Below, piece by piece: positions 28,045-40,100 of a stretch of 64,000 nucleotides of DNA. This DNA is from Salpingoeca rosetta (Eukaryota; Protista; Choanoflagellata), in contig JAWQFM010000004.1 in NCBI GenBank assembly GCA_033442325.1, positions 1,854,926 to 1,918,925 of the forward strand. The letters run 5' to 3'. The notes beneath the pieces are model-generated. The model was not told the DNA's origin, ran no database searches, and saw only the letters and a list, made by a program, of their open reading frames with translations. Position numbers and translations under genes: made by a program. Numbering within the stretch: position 1 is the stretch's first letter; each line of letters starts with the position of its first letter.

Positions 28045-30153
28045 TTATGCGAGCGTTGCCTCTCGCGCAAGTCGCATGACAATCGCTGACGCCGCAAGAC
28101 GGGCCTGGTCGAAGAGTAACACAGACACATGTACATGCACACAGCGGCAGGCAAATGCAGTGGCGATGTGAGCGCAACAGGTGATCGTGGGTCAACCCAG
28201 CCACCAACCACCGCAACGCATCAGATCACACCAACCAATCATCCACAACCACCAGCCACCACGTACAAGCAACAACCAGCGACAATGATTGTCACCTGCG
28301 TGTCGTGTTTCTCGATGGTGTGCGCCCATTCCACTTCACCAAACCGGCTCGTCTGGAAATCCGTTTCCAAGCGCGCCTGAAGGACAAGAACAGCAGCAAG
28401 GGATGGGATGAGATCGACATCAAATTACCAAACATGTAAACACGCCACTCTATCTACCCTCAGCACACACACACACACGCACGCACACACGTACCGCGGC
28501 CGTTGCCTCCTGTGCGTTGATGGCTCCCTCGCGCAGTGCGAGCGCAATGACGGCGGATTTGGCCGTGTCGGCCGCCAGCTCATACGCTGGTGCAGTCGCG
28601 CGCGCACGTGTGCAGATGTGAGTGAGTATGCACGTGGTCCACAAAGGGTATGGAGCCATGGTATGCACCGAAGCACATGAGCGACACAGGCACGCAGATG
28701 TACAGCAAACAGCGCAGGCACATCACCGCAAGCAACACGGACACAGACTCACACACACACTCACTGACTCGCACGCTCACACTCGCACTCACACTCACTT
28801 ACTCGCACACTCACTTACTCGCACACTCACTTTCTCGCACACTCACACTCACTCACACTCACTTTCTCGCACACTCACACTCACACTCACTCGCACACTC
28901 ACACTCACACTCACTCGCACACTCACACTCAAACATGCATATACAGCAGACGTGCGCACACCTGTGAGTTCGAACGGGGTCATTCCGAGCAGTTCGCGAC
29001 GCATGATGGCAACGGCTTCCGGCGACTGCACCTCGTCCAGCCGATACGTCACCATGAGCGGCTGGTTGTAGCGCTAAACACACACACACACACATGTATA
29101 CACGTTGACATGGATACGCACACACACGCGCACAAAATGTGTGATCAAGCAATGTGAGGAGATGTGAGCATGTAAACTGCAACCTCATGACCTCCATGGG
29201 CATTTGTGTGTGCCACTGCTACCAGGTTATCCACCTCCGCCACTCACCCACCATCACCGTGCATGACGCACCATGGCAAACCACTCCACAATGGGGTCCC
29301 AGATTTCGCTCTGCATGTCAATGAGCGCCCGTGATGTGTCTTCACGGAAGCAGACGGTGTCTGTGCGCATGAACGGCTCCACGTTGTCGATACGGTCCTC
29401 GTGGCTCATGCCGCTTGGGTTGTCGATGGCCGTGTTGCACAGCAGCGTGACGTTCATGCTCGAGGGCTCAATCACGTCGCCTTGCACATCCCACTCAAAG
29501 GCAACCGTATGCGCCAACTCCTCCGACGGGACCTGTAAATCAACACAAAGATAGTACGCATGTTGTGGGCATTTGAGAGCTGTGTCAGCCTCGAGTTATC
29601 GTTCCAACCCTCTGTCAAGTCACACCACGAAGCAACGCAATGCATGAGCCGCACAAACACACACACACACACACACAAACACACACAAACACACACGCAC
29701 ACACAAACACACCACAAACGTGTTGCGCTTTGGCGTCTTCAAGCTGCGCTTGTCCAGGTGCACTTGGAATCCGCCGTCGCAGGGCACAACAGAGGCCTGA
29801 AAGGAGGAAAGCATGAAATTTAGGGAGTGTGCTTTGAACAACGAAAGTGGCTGTGTGGCACAGTCCGAACAACAGCACACATTGCTTCACCACACACAAG
29901 CTGACGCACACATTGCTTCACCACACACAAGCTGACGCACACACAAGAGCGAATCTACCTTCTCGTAGAATCGCTTGATGGATTCAGAAGTTGTTGTTTT
30001 GGAGAGGTTGTGGCACTGGGTTGATGTTTGGAGGGCACGAGTCGCTGTAGCGAACCTCGTGTATGCCAGCTGCTGGTGGTGCTGGTGGCACTGCGCCACA
30101 CCACGAACACCCGCGGCAACTGCCCGCCCCAACATGCGCGTCATCGTCGTCAT
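28045..30153 (-). CDS. ATPAF2: ATP12 / ATP synthase mitochondrial F1 assembly factor 2 (7 exons)
   Basis: Arg/Ala/Thr-rich presequence, then IKRFYEK|ASV..FQVHLDKRSLKTPK, LAHTVAFEWDVQ, TLLCNTAID, TDTVCFR, WDPIVEWF, AKSAVIALAL, ARLETDFQTSRFGEVEWAH; last exon ARLAASAIVMRLAREATLA*. Confidence 0.93.
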
Positions 30154-30235
30154 CGTGTGGCGCTGTAAGTTCGGAGTATTTGCAACTTGGTACATAATTT
30201 TCAGCACAATCCTGGAACGTGCTCACGCACAGCTG

Positions 30236-30237
30236 CT

Positions 30238-30269
<32 letters not shown>

Positions 30270-30293
30270 CACTCACACACACACACACTCACT

Positions 30294-30377
<84 letters not shown>

Positions 30378-30475
30378 AGCCCACACACACACTCACACAC
30401 ACACACTCACACACACACACACTCACTCACACACTCACTCATACACGCACACTCACACACTCACACTCACACACC
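30236..30475. repeat. (CA)n-rich microsatellite in the divergent ATP12/DUS intergenic region
   Basis: Direct observation; it fills most of the ~336 bp between the two start codons. Confidence 0.9.
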
Positions 30476-30489
30476 ACAGCCGCACTCCA

Positions 30490-31794
30490 ATGACACGGCG
30501 TCCGCATGCTTCAAGCTCTGCCAGTGGCGCCAGCGCTGCTTGGGCATGGTGGCGGTCACTCGGCAGCCCACGGTACGTGTGCGCCCCAATGGTGTGGCAG
30601 AGTGAGACCGCATTCCGGCGACTGGTGACGGCCGAAGGAGGGTGCGACCTAGCGTACACCCCAATGATGCACGCAGACCAGCTGCTCGAAAACAACCTCG
30701 CCGCACAGAGCCACCTCACAGACCTACGGCAGGACATGGAGAGGGGCCGCCCATACCCGCTGCTGGGCCAGTTGTGCGCAACAAACGCGGACGACTTTGT
30801 ACAGGCTGCGCAGCTGGTGGAGCCGTATGTGGATGCGGTTGACTTGAACCTCGGCTGCCCACAGCGCACAGCACAAGCGGGCGGCTTTGGCGCGTTCCTC
30901 ATGGAGCACCCGGACACGGTGGCAGCGATTGTGCAGCGCGCCAGCACCACGTTGCAAGTACCCGTGTGCTGCAAGATTCGCGTGTTCACCGACGTCGACA
31001 AGACTGTGGCGTTTGCCAGGATGCTGCAGGAGAGCGGGTGCAGCATGCTTGCGGTGCACGGCCGCACAAGGGCGCAGCGCCACCACGAGGGCACCCCACA
31101 TTACGACACGGTGCGCGCAATCGTGGAGGCACTGGACATCCCTGTTGTGGTCAACGGAGGCATTGCCACGCGACAACAGGCTGATGCCATTCTTCGCCAC
31201 ACGGGGGCCTGCGCAACGATGAGCGCAACGGGACTCCTCGCCTGCCCGCTCATGTACACGGGCGTAGCTGCCTCCGAGACCACCCCCTTTGAGCACGCCC
31301 ACAAGTACTTGGAGTACGCATGTCGGTATCCGCCGCCGTGCGCGCGCTACATACGTGACCACGTGCTGGCGCTGTTTCGCAGCCACTTTGCCAACTACGC
31401 GCACATTGACGTGTACAACATGATGGCACGCAACATGGCCGTGCGCACCGCAGCCCAGTATTTATGCTGTGTGCGCGTGCTCGCCAGTCGGTGCGAGCTG
31501 TCCTCGCTTCCAGGTCGCCTGTCTGATGTGCCGGTGCTCACCCTACGCCGCATCAAGAACCTCACGGGAGACTGGCCGCTGCACACGGGTGACGGGTGGG
31601 AAGCCATGCTCGCTGCGCTGACACAGCTGACCGCCAGCGACCCCATGCACCGTGGCGCACGTGCAGCTGACTCCCACCCCATTGTTGCAAGTGGTGGTGA
31701 TATTGATGGTGGTGGTGGTGATATTGATGGCTATAATAACGACAGTGTTGACCTTGATGATGATGATGCTGTTGTGCTGTGGGATTTGCCATGA
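30490..31794 (+). CDS. tRNA-dihydrouridine synthase (DUS1-like), single exon
   Basis: APMVWQSETAFRRL, YTPMM, DLNLGCPQ (catalytic Cys), GFGAFL, CKIR, VHGRT, NGGI. First plausible ATG at 30490. Confidence 0.92.
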   Translation: MTRRPHASSSASGASAAWAWWRSLGSPRYVCAPMVWQSETAFRRLVTAEGGCDLAYTPMMHADQLLENNLAAQSHLTDLRQDMERGRPYPLLGQLCATNADDFVQAAQLVEPYVDAVDLNLGCPQRTAQAGGFGAFLMEHPDTVAAIVQRASTTLQVPVCCKIRVFTDVDKTVAFARMLQESGCSMLAVHGRTRAQRHHEGTPHYDTVRAIVEALDIPVVVNGGIATRQQADAILRHTGACATMSATGLLACPLMYTGVAASETTPFEHAHKYLEYACRYPPPCARYIRDHVLALFRSHFANYAHIDVYNMMARNMAVRTAAQYLCCVRVLASRCELSSLPGRLSDVPVLTLRRIKNLTGDWPLHTGDGWEAMLAALTQLTASDPMHRGARAADSHPIVASGGDIDGGGGDIDGYNNDSVDLDDDDAVVLWDLP

Positions 31795-32177
31795 TTGTGT
31801 GTGTGTGTGTATGTGTGCGTGCGTGTGGTTGTTGTGTCTGACTTCTCGACGCTTGAGGAAGAGATTTGAACGTGGTTGTGCATGCATATGTATTTGTGTA
31901 CATCATTGGGGCAGGTTAAAGTAACAAAGGGAGGCCAGTACAACAGACGTAACATGATGCACCATGTCAGAGCAACAGACCAAACACAGCGTGTAACATA
32001 ATGTAACGACAAAACCGTGTGCAGAGACCACCGACATTGATGTGCGACAAAGCTTCAAGCAGCTACCAGCACGTTACATTCAGGGTCACACAACACACAT
32101 GCAGGGTACAACCCTCTCCTCGACTGTGTGCAGTGCATAAACCAAATCCACGCATCTCTCATGTGCACACATGCACC

Positions 32178-33054
32178 TCACGATGCCTGCTCTTTCCCTG
32201 TCTGCTTCCCTTGTGCGTGCGGTTTCTCTTTCTCCTGCTCCCGTGACAGCTGTGCTTGCATCGCTATTCTCCGTTGCTGTGAACATGTGTGTATGTGTGT
32301 GTGTGTGACATGTGTAGGGGAACCATATCATCGTCAACTGGTGCAAGAAAGTTGCACTGCACTGCCCACAACCACTCCCACAACCACAGTGTGCGCGGCA
32401 TTTCCTCAGTCTCACCGAGCATTCCCCCCCCCCCTGCTTCCCACCCGCTTCCCACCTCGCCTCTTTTGACGTCTCAGCTCACCTTGACTCGTTCCACTTG
32501 CTGTCGCAGTGTGTTGTTGCGGCTCCGCAATACCGCGTTCTGTATCGACAGCGCCTTGATCAATTCCTGTCATTGGTGACAACGCACGACCAGGCAAACA
32601 GGCAAAGACATGTTGGCGCAGAAAGGGTCAGTATCAGTGCGTGGAGTGTGAGAGGTTGCACGTGAACACGCGTGTGTAGAGCGCACACAACCGCATGCCC
32701 GCATACCTTCAGCGTATCAATGTCCAAGTCGTGTCGCTCTTCACTCTGTCCGGCAGAGGTGGGGCACATGCGAGAATGTTGAGTGTGTGGAAGCTGAACG
32801 ACACGCACCACGCACCTCCAATGCACAGATGTGCTGCAAAAGCCACTGCCTGTCTTCACACGCACACACACACACGCGCGCGCGAGCAGAGATCTCAAGT
32901 GCAGAAAGGGGCTCACATGCACTCGTAGCGTGTCGAGGCTCTTGGTTCTCACGGGTCCCGGTCTGCGCGGTGGCAACTGCAGTGTTTGCACTGCCAACTG
33001 CAAGCACAATGCACGCAGAACACATGTTGGCATTGCGCGTTTAGTGCGATACAC

Positions 33055-33118
<64 letters not shown>

Positions 33119-33809
33119 GCGCATGCACACACACACACGCACACACAGACACACACCGCGCATGCACACACACACACACACATACACAACGCGCATACAC
33201 ACGCGCACACATACACATACCTCCAGGTTGTTGAGGGATGAGGCGCGTCGAGGAAGCTGCGGCTCACCGTTGGGGCCAAAGGGAACCCATTTCGTGCGCG
33301 CCTGAACGCGTGTTGGTGTATATGGGTGAGCGTGCATGAATACGTGTTGGCGTTGCGAGTACAGCAGGTCAAAACAAAAGCAAAGGGACGCGGCATTGCG
33401 GCATTCGCACTGGCCACTGCAGTTCTGCTGTGACACCGCTCGCACCCCCTCCCATCAAACATAAGGCTACCATGCCAGCACTTACTGCTGAAGTTGAAGC
33501 GCTGTTGTCGTTGGAGCGAGCAAACGCGTCCATCTCCATGACTCTGTAGTCCTCGTCTTGTCCCTCCGCGCCTTCGATGATCTCGATTGCACCAGCGTGC
33601 TCTGTTCTGCCGTTGTCCTCTTGCGGCACTGCAGTTTCTGCAGCGACTACTGCGGCTGGCCCTGTTGTTGTTGTTGTTGTTGTTGTTGTTGCGGTACCTG
33701 CGGCCTGCTGCTCCACTTGCTTGTCTTCGTCCGCACTGGACACCTCATCAGCATCACTGCGCACAGCAACACCATCCACAAGCAGCGCAGGCGTTTCCAA
33801 GCTCGACAT
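32178..33809 (-). CDS. Hypothetical ~233-aa protein, acidic N-terminus and C-terminal coiled coil (6 exons)
   Basis: Manually spliced exons 33809-33486, 33301-33221, 32997-32923, 32745-32707, 32566-32483 and 32276-32178. All introns are GT-AG and phase 0, giving an open frame ending ...IDTLKELIKALSIQNAVLRSRNNTLRQQVERVKQRRIAMQAQLSREQEK...QAS*. Confidence 0.7.
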
Positions 33810-33879
33810 TGGCCTTTTTTGTTTTGCCTTGTTGTAGTTTGTGTTTGGTGGTTTGTGGATATGAGCGCTGTTTCCTTTT

Positions 33880-33944
<65 letters not shown>

Positions 33945-34108
33945 TCTGCTTTGTGGTGAGCTGGTGTTTCCACTGAGCTTCTCACTGCCTCAGTGCCAAG
34001 AGGTGGCTGGCTCATCACTTCAAGTGAGCTAAATCCCTAGATCCTCCAACCTCAATTTCTCTTCTGTGTTCGTTGGTGAACTTCTGAACTTTGCTTTGTT
34101 GCGCATTA

Positions 34109-36274
34109 CAGGCAGTTCTCTATATTGGCAACTAGGTGTGGCAAGCCCAAAAGTTTCCAATGTAGAGAAAGTTGCCGGTGTGGAATGAGCGTGTTTATTG
34201 TGTGTGTGGACCAAAGAATGAGTGCAGTGTGGGTTGCTTTTGCGTCTTGGACATAAAGAAGGCATCAACGTCGCTGCGAACACGAGACACAAGTGTACAT
34301 GTGGGACGGAGAGATGCAGAGGATTCACACAGTCTGTTGAGAACTGTCAGGGCATTGTAAACTTCCGCACGTGTCGGTGCGGTCGGTGTCGCTTCGTCTT
34401 GGTCAGAGTCACTCCCGTCGTCGTCGCTGCTTGTGGTGGTTGTGCTGCTGTTGCTTTCTATGCGCTCAAGCTCCAAATCAATCATTGCATTCACGATATC
34501 AGGGTCATCATCTGACGTCGCCCACTCCTCCGTTCCCTCCGCAACAACCTCAACACGCGCATCAGTTGCAATTGAAACTCTGGCTTGCAGTGATTGAGCG
34601 AGGTGACTTATTTCATCAATCGCCTCCTGCTCTTCCGTCCTTCTCTGTTCCGCCTCATCGTACTGTTCATTCTCCGCTCCGAGCCCATCTTGTACCAGCT
34701 GTCCGCCCTCCCCTTCCTGCCCTTCCTCTTCACTGCTCCGTTCTGTCAGCATCTCATCCGAAGTCACTCGCTGCTGTTGCTGTGTATGCTGCTGTGGGAA
34801 AAAGCTTTCGGGTAGGCAAGCTGCCTTCATCCAGCACCGCACCACTGACTCAGGCTTGACCTCATCCCACACTCGTTTCAAGATCGTCAACGCGTCTCGA
34901 ATGTTTGGTGGCGCTCCATGGGCAAGACCACGCAAGCCACGGCTCTTCGGTAGTGGTGTCTGCTGCCCGTCGTCGTAGTATGCGAGGAGCTGCTGCAGCA
35001 CGTATGCCTTGTATCGCATTTTCACGGCCGATATCAAGCCCATATCCATGGGCTGGTGTTTTGACGTTAGGTTTGGGGGCAAGAACAACAGGTGCAGCTC
35101 CTTCGGCGCAGGGTTGGTGACGTTTTTGTGTGCCGGGCAATTGTCCCAGATGAGAACAACAGGCTCGTCTCCATAGCGTGAACGCTTCCACTTGAGAAAG
35201 AAACGCACGTAGTAATTGGCCATGTCAGTGTCGAACCAGGCTGATGCTTGAGACGTGTACCGCACTGGTGGGAAGTCGTCACGAAGGCACATAGGTCTCC
35301 GGCTCTTTCCGACAGAGAAGAGTGGCACTTTCTCCCCCGCTGCTGATGTTGCCGTCATGATCGTCAGCCGTGCTTTTGCCGCCATCTGCTTCACTCCGCG
35401 AACACTGCGCTCCGATCGAGACACGTAGAGTCTTGAAGGTAACGTCTGGTAGAAGAGACCAGTTTCATCTGCGTTGAGACGAATTGGGGGTTGGTGATGC
35501 TCGTAGCAGAAACTGCTTGCTTGAACTCTGCCATTGCCGTTGCTGCTGTCTCTTCGTCAACACTGCCAGCCTCTCCATGTAGTCGCACGCTCTTGATGTT
35601 GTGTCGCTTGCGCACGCCCTGAAACCAGCCAAGGGCTTGCGCGAAAGTTGTCAAGTGTTGCTGCCTTGTCTGGATGCGTTGCTTTCATGTCTGCAGCAAA
35701 CTTGAGGGCTTTCTCTTGCACAAGCTTCCATGAGAGCCCGAGGCCATCCACCAGGTACTTGCGCTCGCGCAGCTTGATGTACTGCACCAAGCGATCTTCA
35801 ATCTCGCCAAACTGGAGCGGTCGTGCCTTCTTGCATGATGCGTCGCGCTCATCCCCTCGTAGCTCTCCTACCTTGACCTTCTTCACCCACTTGCTCAGTG
35901 TTGCTGCCGTCACACCATGCTTCTCCGCAACGTGCTTCTGCTTGGTGCGGCCCGCAATCGCTTCCATGGCGATGTTGTACTTCTCCATCCGTGTCTTCAT
36001 CTTAGTCATAATCGTGTGTTGCTGTTCACGCCCGTTGCTGCGGCCTTAAGCGACGCCTTCAAGCTGCTGATGTCGTTCGTTCGTGTGCGTGCGTGTGTGT
36101 GTGTGTGCGTGTGTGCGTGTGTGTGCGTGTGTGTGTGTGTGTGCGTGTGTGTGTGTGCGTGTCAATGGTTGTGGTTTTTGGCGCGACAGTTTTGAGCGAG
36201 AGTGTGGCGCGGAGATTTGTTGCCAATGTGGAGAAATTTCCAATGTATTTCTTGCCAATATAGAGAACTGCCTG
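34109..36274 (-). mobile_element. Tigger/pogo-family (Tc1/mariner superfamily) DNA transposon, 2166 bp
   Basis: Perfect 23-bp TIRs CAGGCAGTTCTCTATATTGGCAA (34109-34131; inverse at 36252-36274), TA at 34107-34108 and 36275-36276, and an internal transposase. Confidence 0.96.
34195..36009 (-). pseudogene. Tigger-like transposase (psq-type HTH + CENP-B HTH + DDE_1, DD32D) with two frameshifts
   Basis: KHVAEKHGVTAATLSKWVK; IEDRLVQYI..GLSWKLVQEKA..F.AS.GWFQGVRKRH; NADETGLFY; LIWDNCPAH; FLPPNLTSKHQPMDMG. There is an apparent +1 base near 35633 and a -1 base near 35478, with an in-frame stop at 35557-35559 between them. Confidence 0.9.
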
Positions 36275-36683
36275 TACATCGAAGATAAAAAAGCAAGGGA
36301 GCTCAATGAAACAAACGACAATAAATGTGGATGCGCTGAATGATGGGCTTTCTTGCCACAACATCGCACAAACACATCTTGCTTGCTTGTCGTCTTGTTT
36401 AACGTTCCTGTTGTTCTTGTTGTTGGATCAAATCACACATCAAGTGTCATCCATCCTCCATCTTTCGTGTTCCTTCGTCAAACAAGCCAACCACCACTCG
36501 TCGAGTCAGCCCTCCCACCCATCCTTCACCCATCCACCAACACCCCATTCGGTGTTGCGTGTCAATACATACAACCCACTGTTCTTTTTGATTTGTTTTT
36601 ATTGTCAAGTTGTTAACAACCGGGCAACCAAGATGCAAACAAGTGAAGAGAAAAAGACGTCGAAGATGAACACAGAAACACAC

Positions 36684-36715
<32 letters not shown>

Positions 36716-37154
36716 TCAGACAGCCGTACTGCGAATAAAGCAACCAGACCAGGCCAGACTGGATGACTAAGGTGACGTTAACAAAGGGACGCCCAAACAA
36801 ACGCGCTTGGGACAGGTCAAACAAAATACATTCAAAGTTGCACACTGTCATCATTGCTGGCTGAACAAAAACGCACGTCATACCATCACTACGACACGCC
36901 ACAACGAGATAAAATGGTAATGATGATGATGAAGAAGAAGCATATGTAAGACATACACACACACACACACACACACACACTTTCACACGGTCACTCTCAT
37001 CCACTCACTCTCACACTCTTGCACTCACTCGTACACACACCTTCACACACACACACACACACAGTCTCACTGCCACACTTTCACCCAATCCTGCACAGTC
37101 TCACTCCCTCACAATCACAACCACACCACCCCCTCCTCCTCAGCACGCCCGTGC

Positions 37155-40100
37155 TCACTGCATCAAGTAGTTGCGGAACTCCTTGAGCAGGGCATCGTCC
37201 ATCGCCTCCGCAGAGTACTCGTCCGGGGCGCAGTCGCACCGCGGCGGGTTCTGCTTCGCATGGTACTCGTCCGTGTGCTGCGTGCGGCGGCGGCGGTACA
37301 CGGGGGACGGCTGCGTCGCCGCCACCGTCTTGAAGCCAGCCTCCCGCACGGGCTTGACAGACTCAGCCGCTGGCTCCTCTCCAAACGACGTCTCCGCCTC
37401 CGCACTCGAGTCGTACAGCGGGTTGGAGAACACGCCGCCCGTCGGCTCGTGCAGCGGGTTGTCCGACGTCACCTGCCCAGAGCCCCACGTGTCGTTGTCG
37501 GTCGCACCGGCTGCCTCATCGCCCAGCAGATCGCCGGAGAAGCCCAGGTCCTGCTGCGGCTGCATCATCAGCGCAGCGCCGCCGTCGTCCTCCTCATCCG
37601 GGTCGGGCTTGTACAGCCAGTGCCGCTCCGCAGTGATGACCTTGGTCGTCGTCTGCGAGAAGCCCAGCTCGCTCATGCGGCCGTCCGAGCGGGCGCCCAT
37701 CAGCGGCGCGTTGACCGTCTTCAGCTCCTCCGTCGTCTTGTAGAAGAAGCGGTTCCCAGTCTCGTTGTCCACCTCGCCGCCAGAGAACGAAAACGTCACC
37801 GGCGCATCTGCACCGCCGTGCACGCGAATCTCGTCGTCCAGGTCCAGGCCCTTGCGGTGCATGATGTCCCGCAGCTCCAGCTCCCGCTCCTTGCTCTGCC
37901 GGCGGTGGCGCACAAGCAGCGCAATGATCAGCAGCACCGCAATCACGGGCACCACCACAGACACCACCAGCGTGCTGTCTGTCGATGACGACCGCGACGG
38001 CGTCGCCCCGTTCGTGTTGTCCTCAAACGTGCCAGACCGCAGCACGGAGAAGCCCAGCACCTGCGTCAGCGCGTCGGACTTGCCAAACCGAGACGCAAGC
38101 GCCTTTGCATCGTATGGGCCATAGAGGTCCGACAGCGGCACCGCAGGCGGCACCACCATCGCCGCCAAGTCGCTGTTGTTCACACCCATGTACTCTGGCA
38201 CAGTCGAAATCACGTGCACGCGCACAACCGTCTCTGTTGCGCGCCGTGCCCGCACCGGAACGCTGCTCACGCCGTCAAAGTTGAGGGTTACGTCGGCGTT
38301 TGTCAGCGTGTCGGTCTCCACAACAAGCACGCCCTCTGGGTCGAGGAAGATGCCCGCGTCCTTCAGGCCGAGGTGGCTCGCCAGCCGCGCCGCCACCAGG
38401 TCCAGGTTGGCCTGAATCTCAGCCAGCGACGCCTGGTCAAAGTCAATCGTCGCAAGCTGCAGCCGGTCGTACACCTCGACGTGCAGGTGGGCGTTGCTGG
38501 AAAGGCCGCCGCCATCCGTGGCCGTCAGCCGCACAACAGACTCCGGGGGGTGTGACCACGGGTTGGTTGCCGTCGTCACCCGGCCCGTCGTATCGTCCAC
38601 GGCGAACAGCGCCGTCGCATTCTGGCTGAACGTCACCTCGGAGAACGTGCCCAGGTCCGGATCCGTCGCGTTGACAAACGGCAGCACCTCCACTGTCACG
38701 TTGAAGGGGAGAAGGCGCGAGTACAGCGACGTGTCCACAAACGCCGGCGCGTTGTCGTTGGTGTCCAGCAGCGCCAGCTCAACCGTGGCAAACCCGACGT
38801 TGTTCCACGCACTCGAGTTGCTCAGCTCCGCCACAGACATGGGCGTCGCCGCCACCGCCGCCGTCAGAGCCTCAAGGTCGGATGCGTAGTTGCTTGTGGC
38901 CACCACAAGCTCAACGCCGTACATGGCCTCCCGGTCAAGGCGAACCGCGCCACTGCTGCCCAGGAACATCAGCTCACCAGATGTCGCGTTCATCGAAAAC
39001 CCGTCCAGCGGCAGCACGCCGCCCACGGCGCCAGACGAGGCAAGCAGGCCACGAGCAGACACAACCGCGTAGTACACGGGGTCCTCGCGCTCCGTGTCCG
39101 GGTCAGTCGCTGACAGCTGGCCCAGCAGCACATCCGTCTCTTGCTCCTCCATGACCTTGATCAGGTACTCGCTGCTGTCAAAGGCGGGCACGCCCAGGTT
39201 GAACTGCAGGTCCACGTACGCCACGCCGCTGGCAATCACGTCACCCGTGCAAGGGTTGGCCCACTGCGCCCGCACCAGCTCGCCCGAGCCGGCCGCAACC
39301 GCCGTCAGCGAGAACGGAGACGCGGGAACAAGCACGCTCTCGTTCGCAGATGACAGCGTCAGGCCCATCTCGCCGGTGATGGCCACGCGGTTGCCGTCGC
39401 CCAGAATGGCCTCCGTCACCACTAGCAGCGCGTCGCCCTCACGCGACACGGCCTCCTCCACCGTCAGCGCCGCCGTCAGGACGTTGCTGATGCCGGCCGA
39501 CGCAGGCGTCACCGTCAGCGACATGCGCGAGAAGGGCAGCACCACAAGCGAGAACACGTCAATCTCCGCGCTGTTCACCGTCAGCGTGAGCGTGTTGGAC
39601 ACAGCGCTGCCTCCAACCGTCGGCAGCGCAAGCGTGGTCGTGCCCGGCTGAAGCGCCCGCAGCTTGGAGCCCTCCAGCGCAATCACGCTCGAATCGCCCA
39701 GCACCAGCGCGTCCGCAAGCAACTCCGTTACGTCCGCACCGAAGGTGTCCTGTGCCGTGCCGCGAGAGAAGCTCGCTTCAACCAGCAGCGTGCTCGGCTC
39801 AAACACGGCCGGGTCGCCCGGGCAGGCGGCGCCGGCAATGGCAAACAGGGTAGTCGTCGTCGCAGAGATGCTGGCGGGCCCCGTCGGGTGCCACACGTCC
39901 AGCAGCGCCTCCGCAGACAGGCTGTCGTATGAGACGTCGACCACCGCACCCTGCTCCCCAGCCGCCGCGTTGGGATCAGCGGAGGCAGAGCAACCCGTCA
40001 GCACCAGCGCAGGGCTGGTTGATGTGCACGACACACTCGTGCTCACATCCACCACCGATGTCACGCTGGGGTTGGACCGCACGGCATATGTCTCAATCGT

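Noticed and set aside
29878-29943. Tandem duplication of ~32 bp (cacattgcttcaccacacacaagctgacgca) resembling a CRISPR repeat
   Set aside because: Only two adjacent copies with no spacer, inside an ATP12 intron, and no cas genes.
37770-37805. Possible WIRS or PP1 RVxF motif in the cadherin tail (PVTFSF)
   Set aside because: Poor match to either consensus; cannot be supported.
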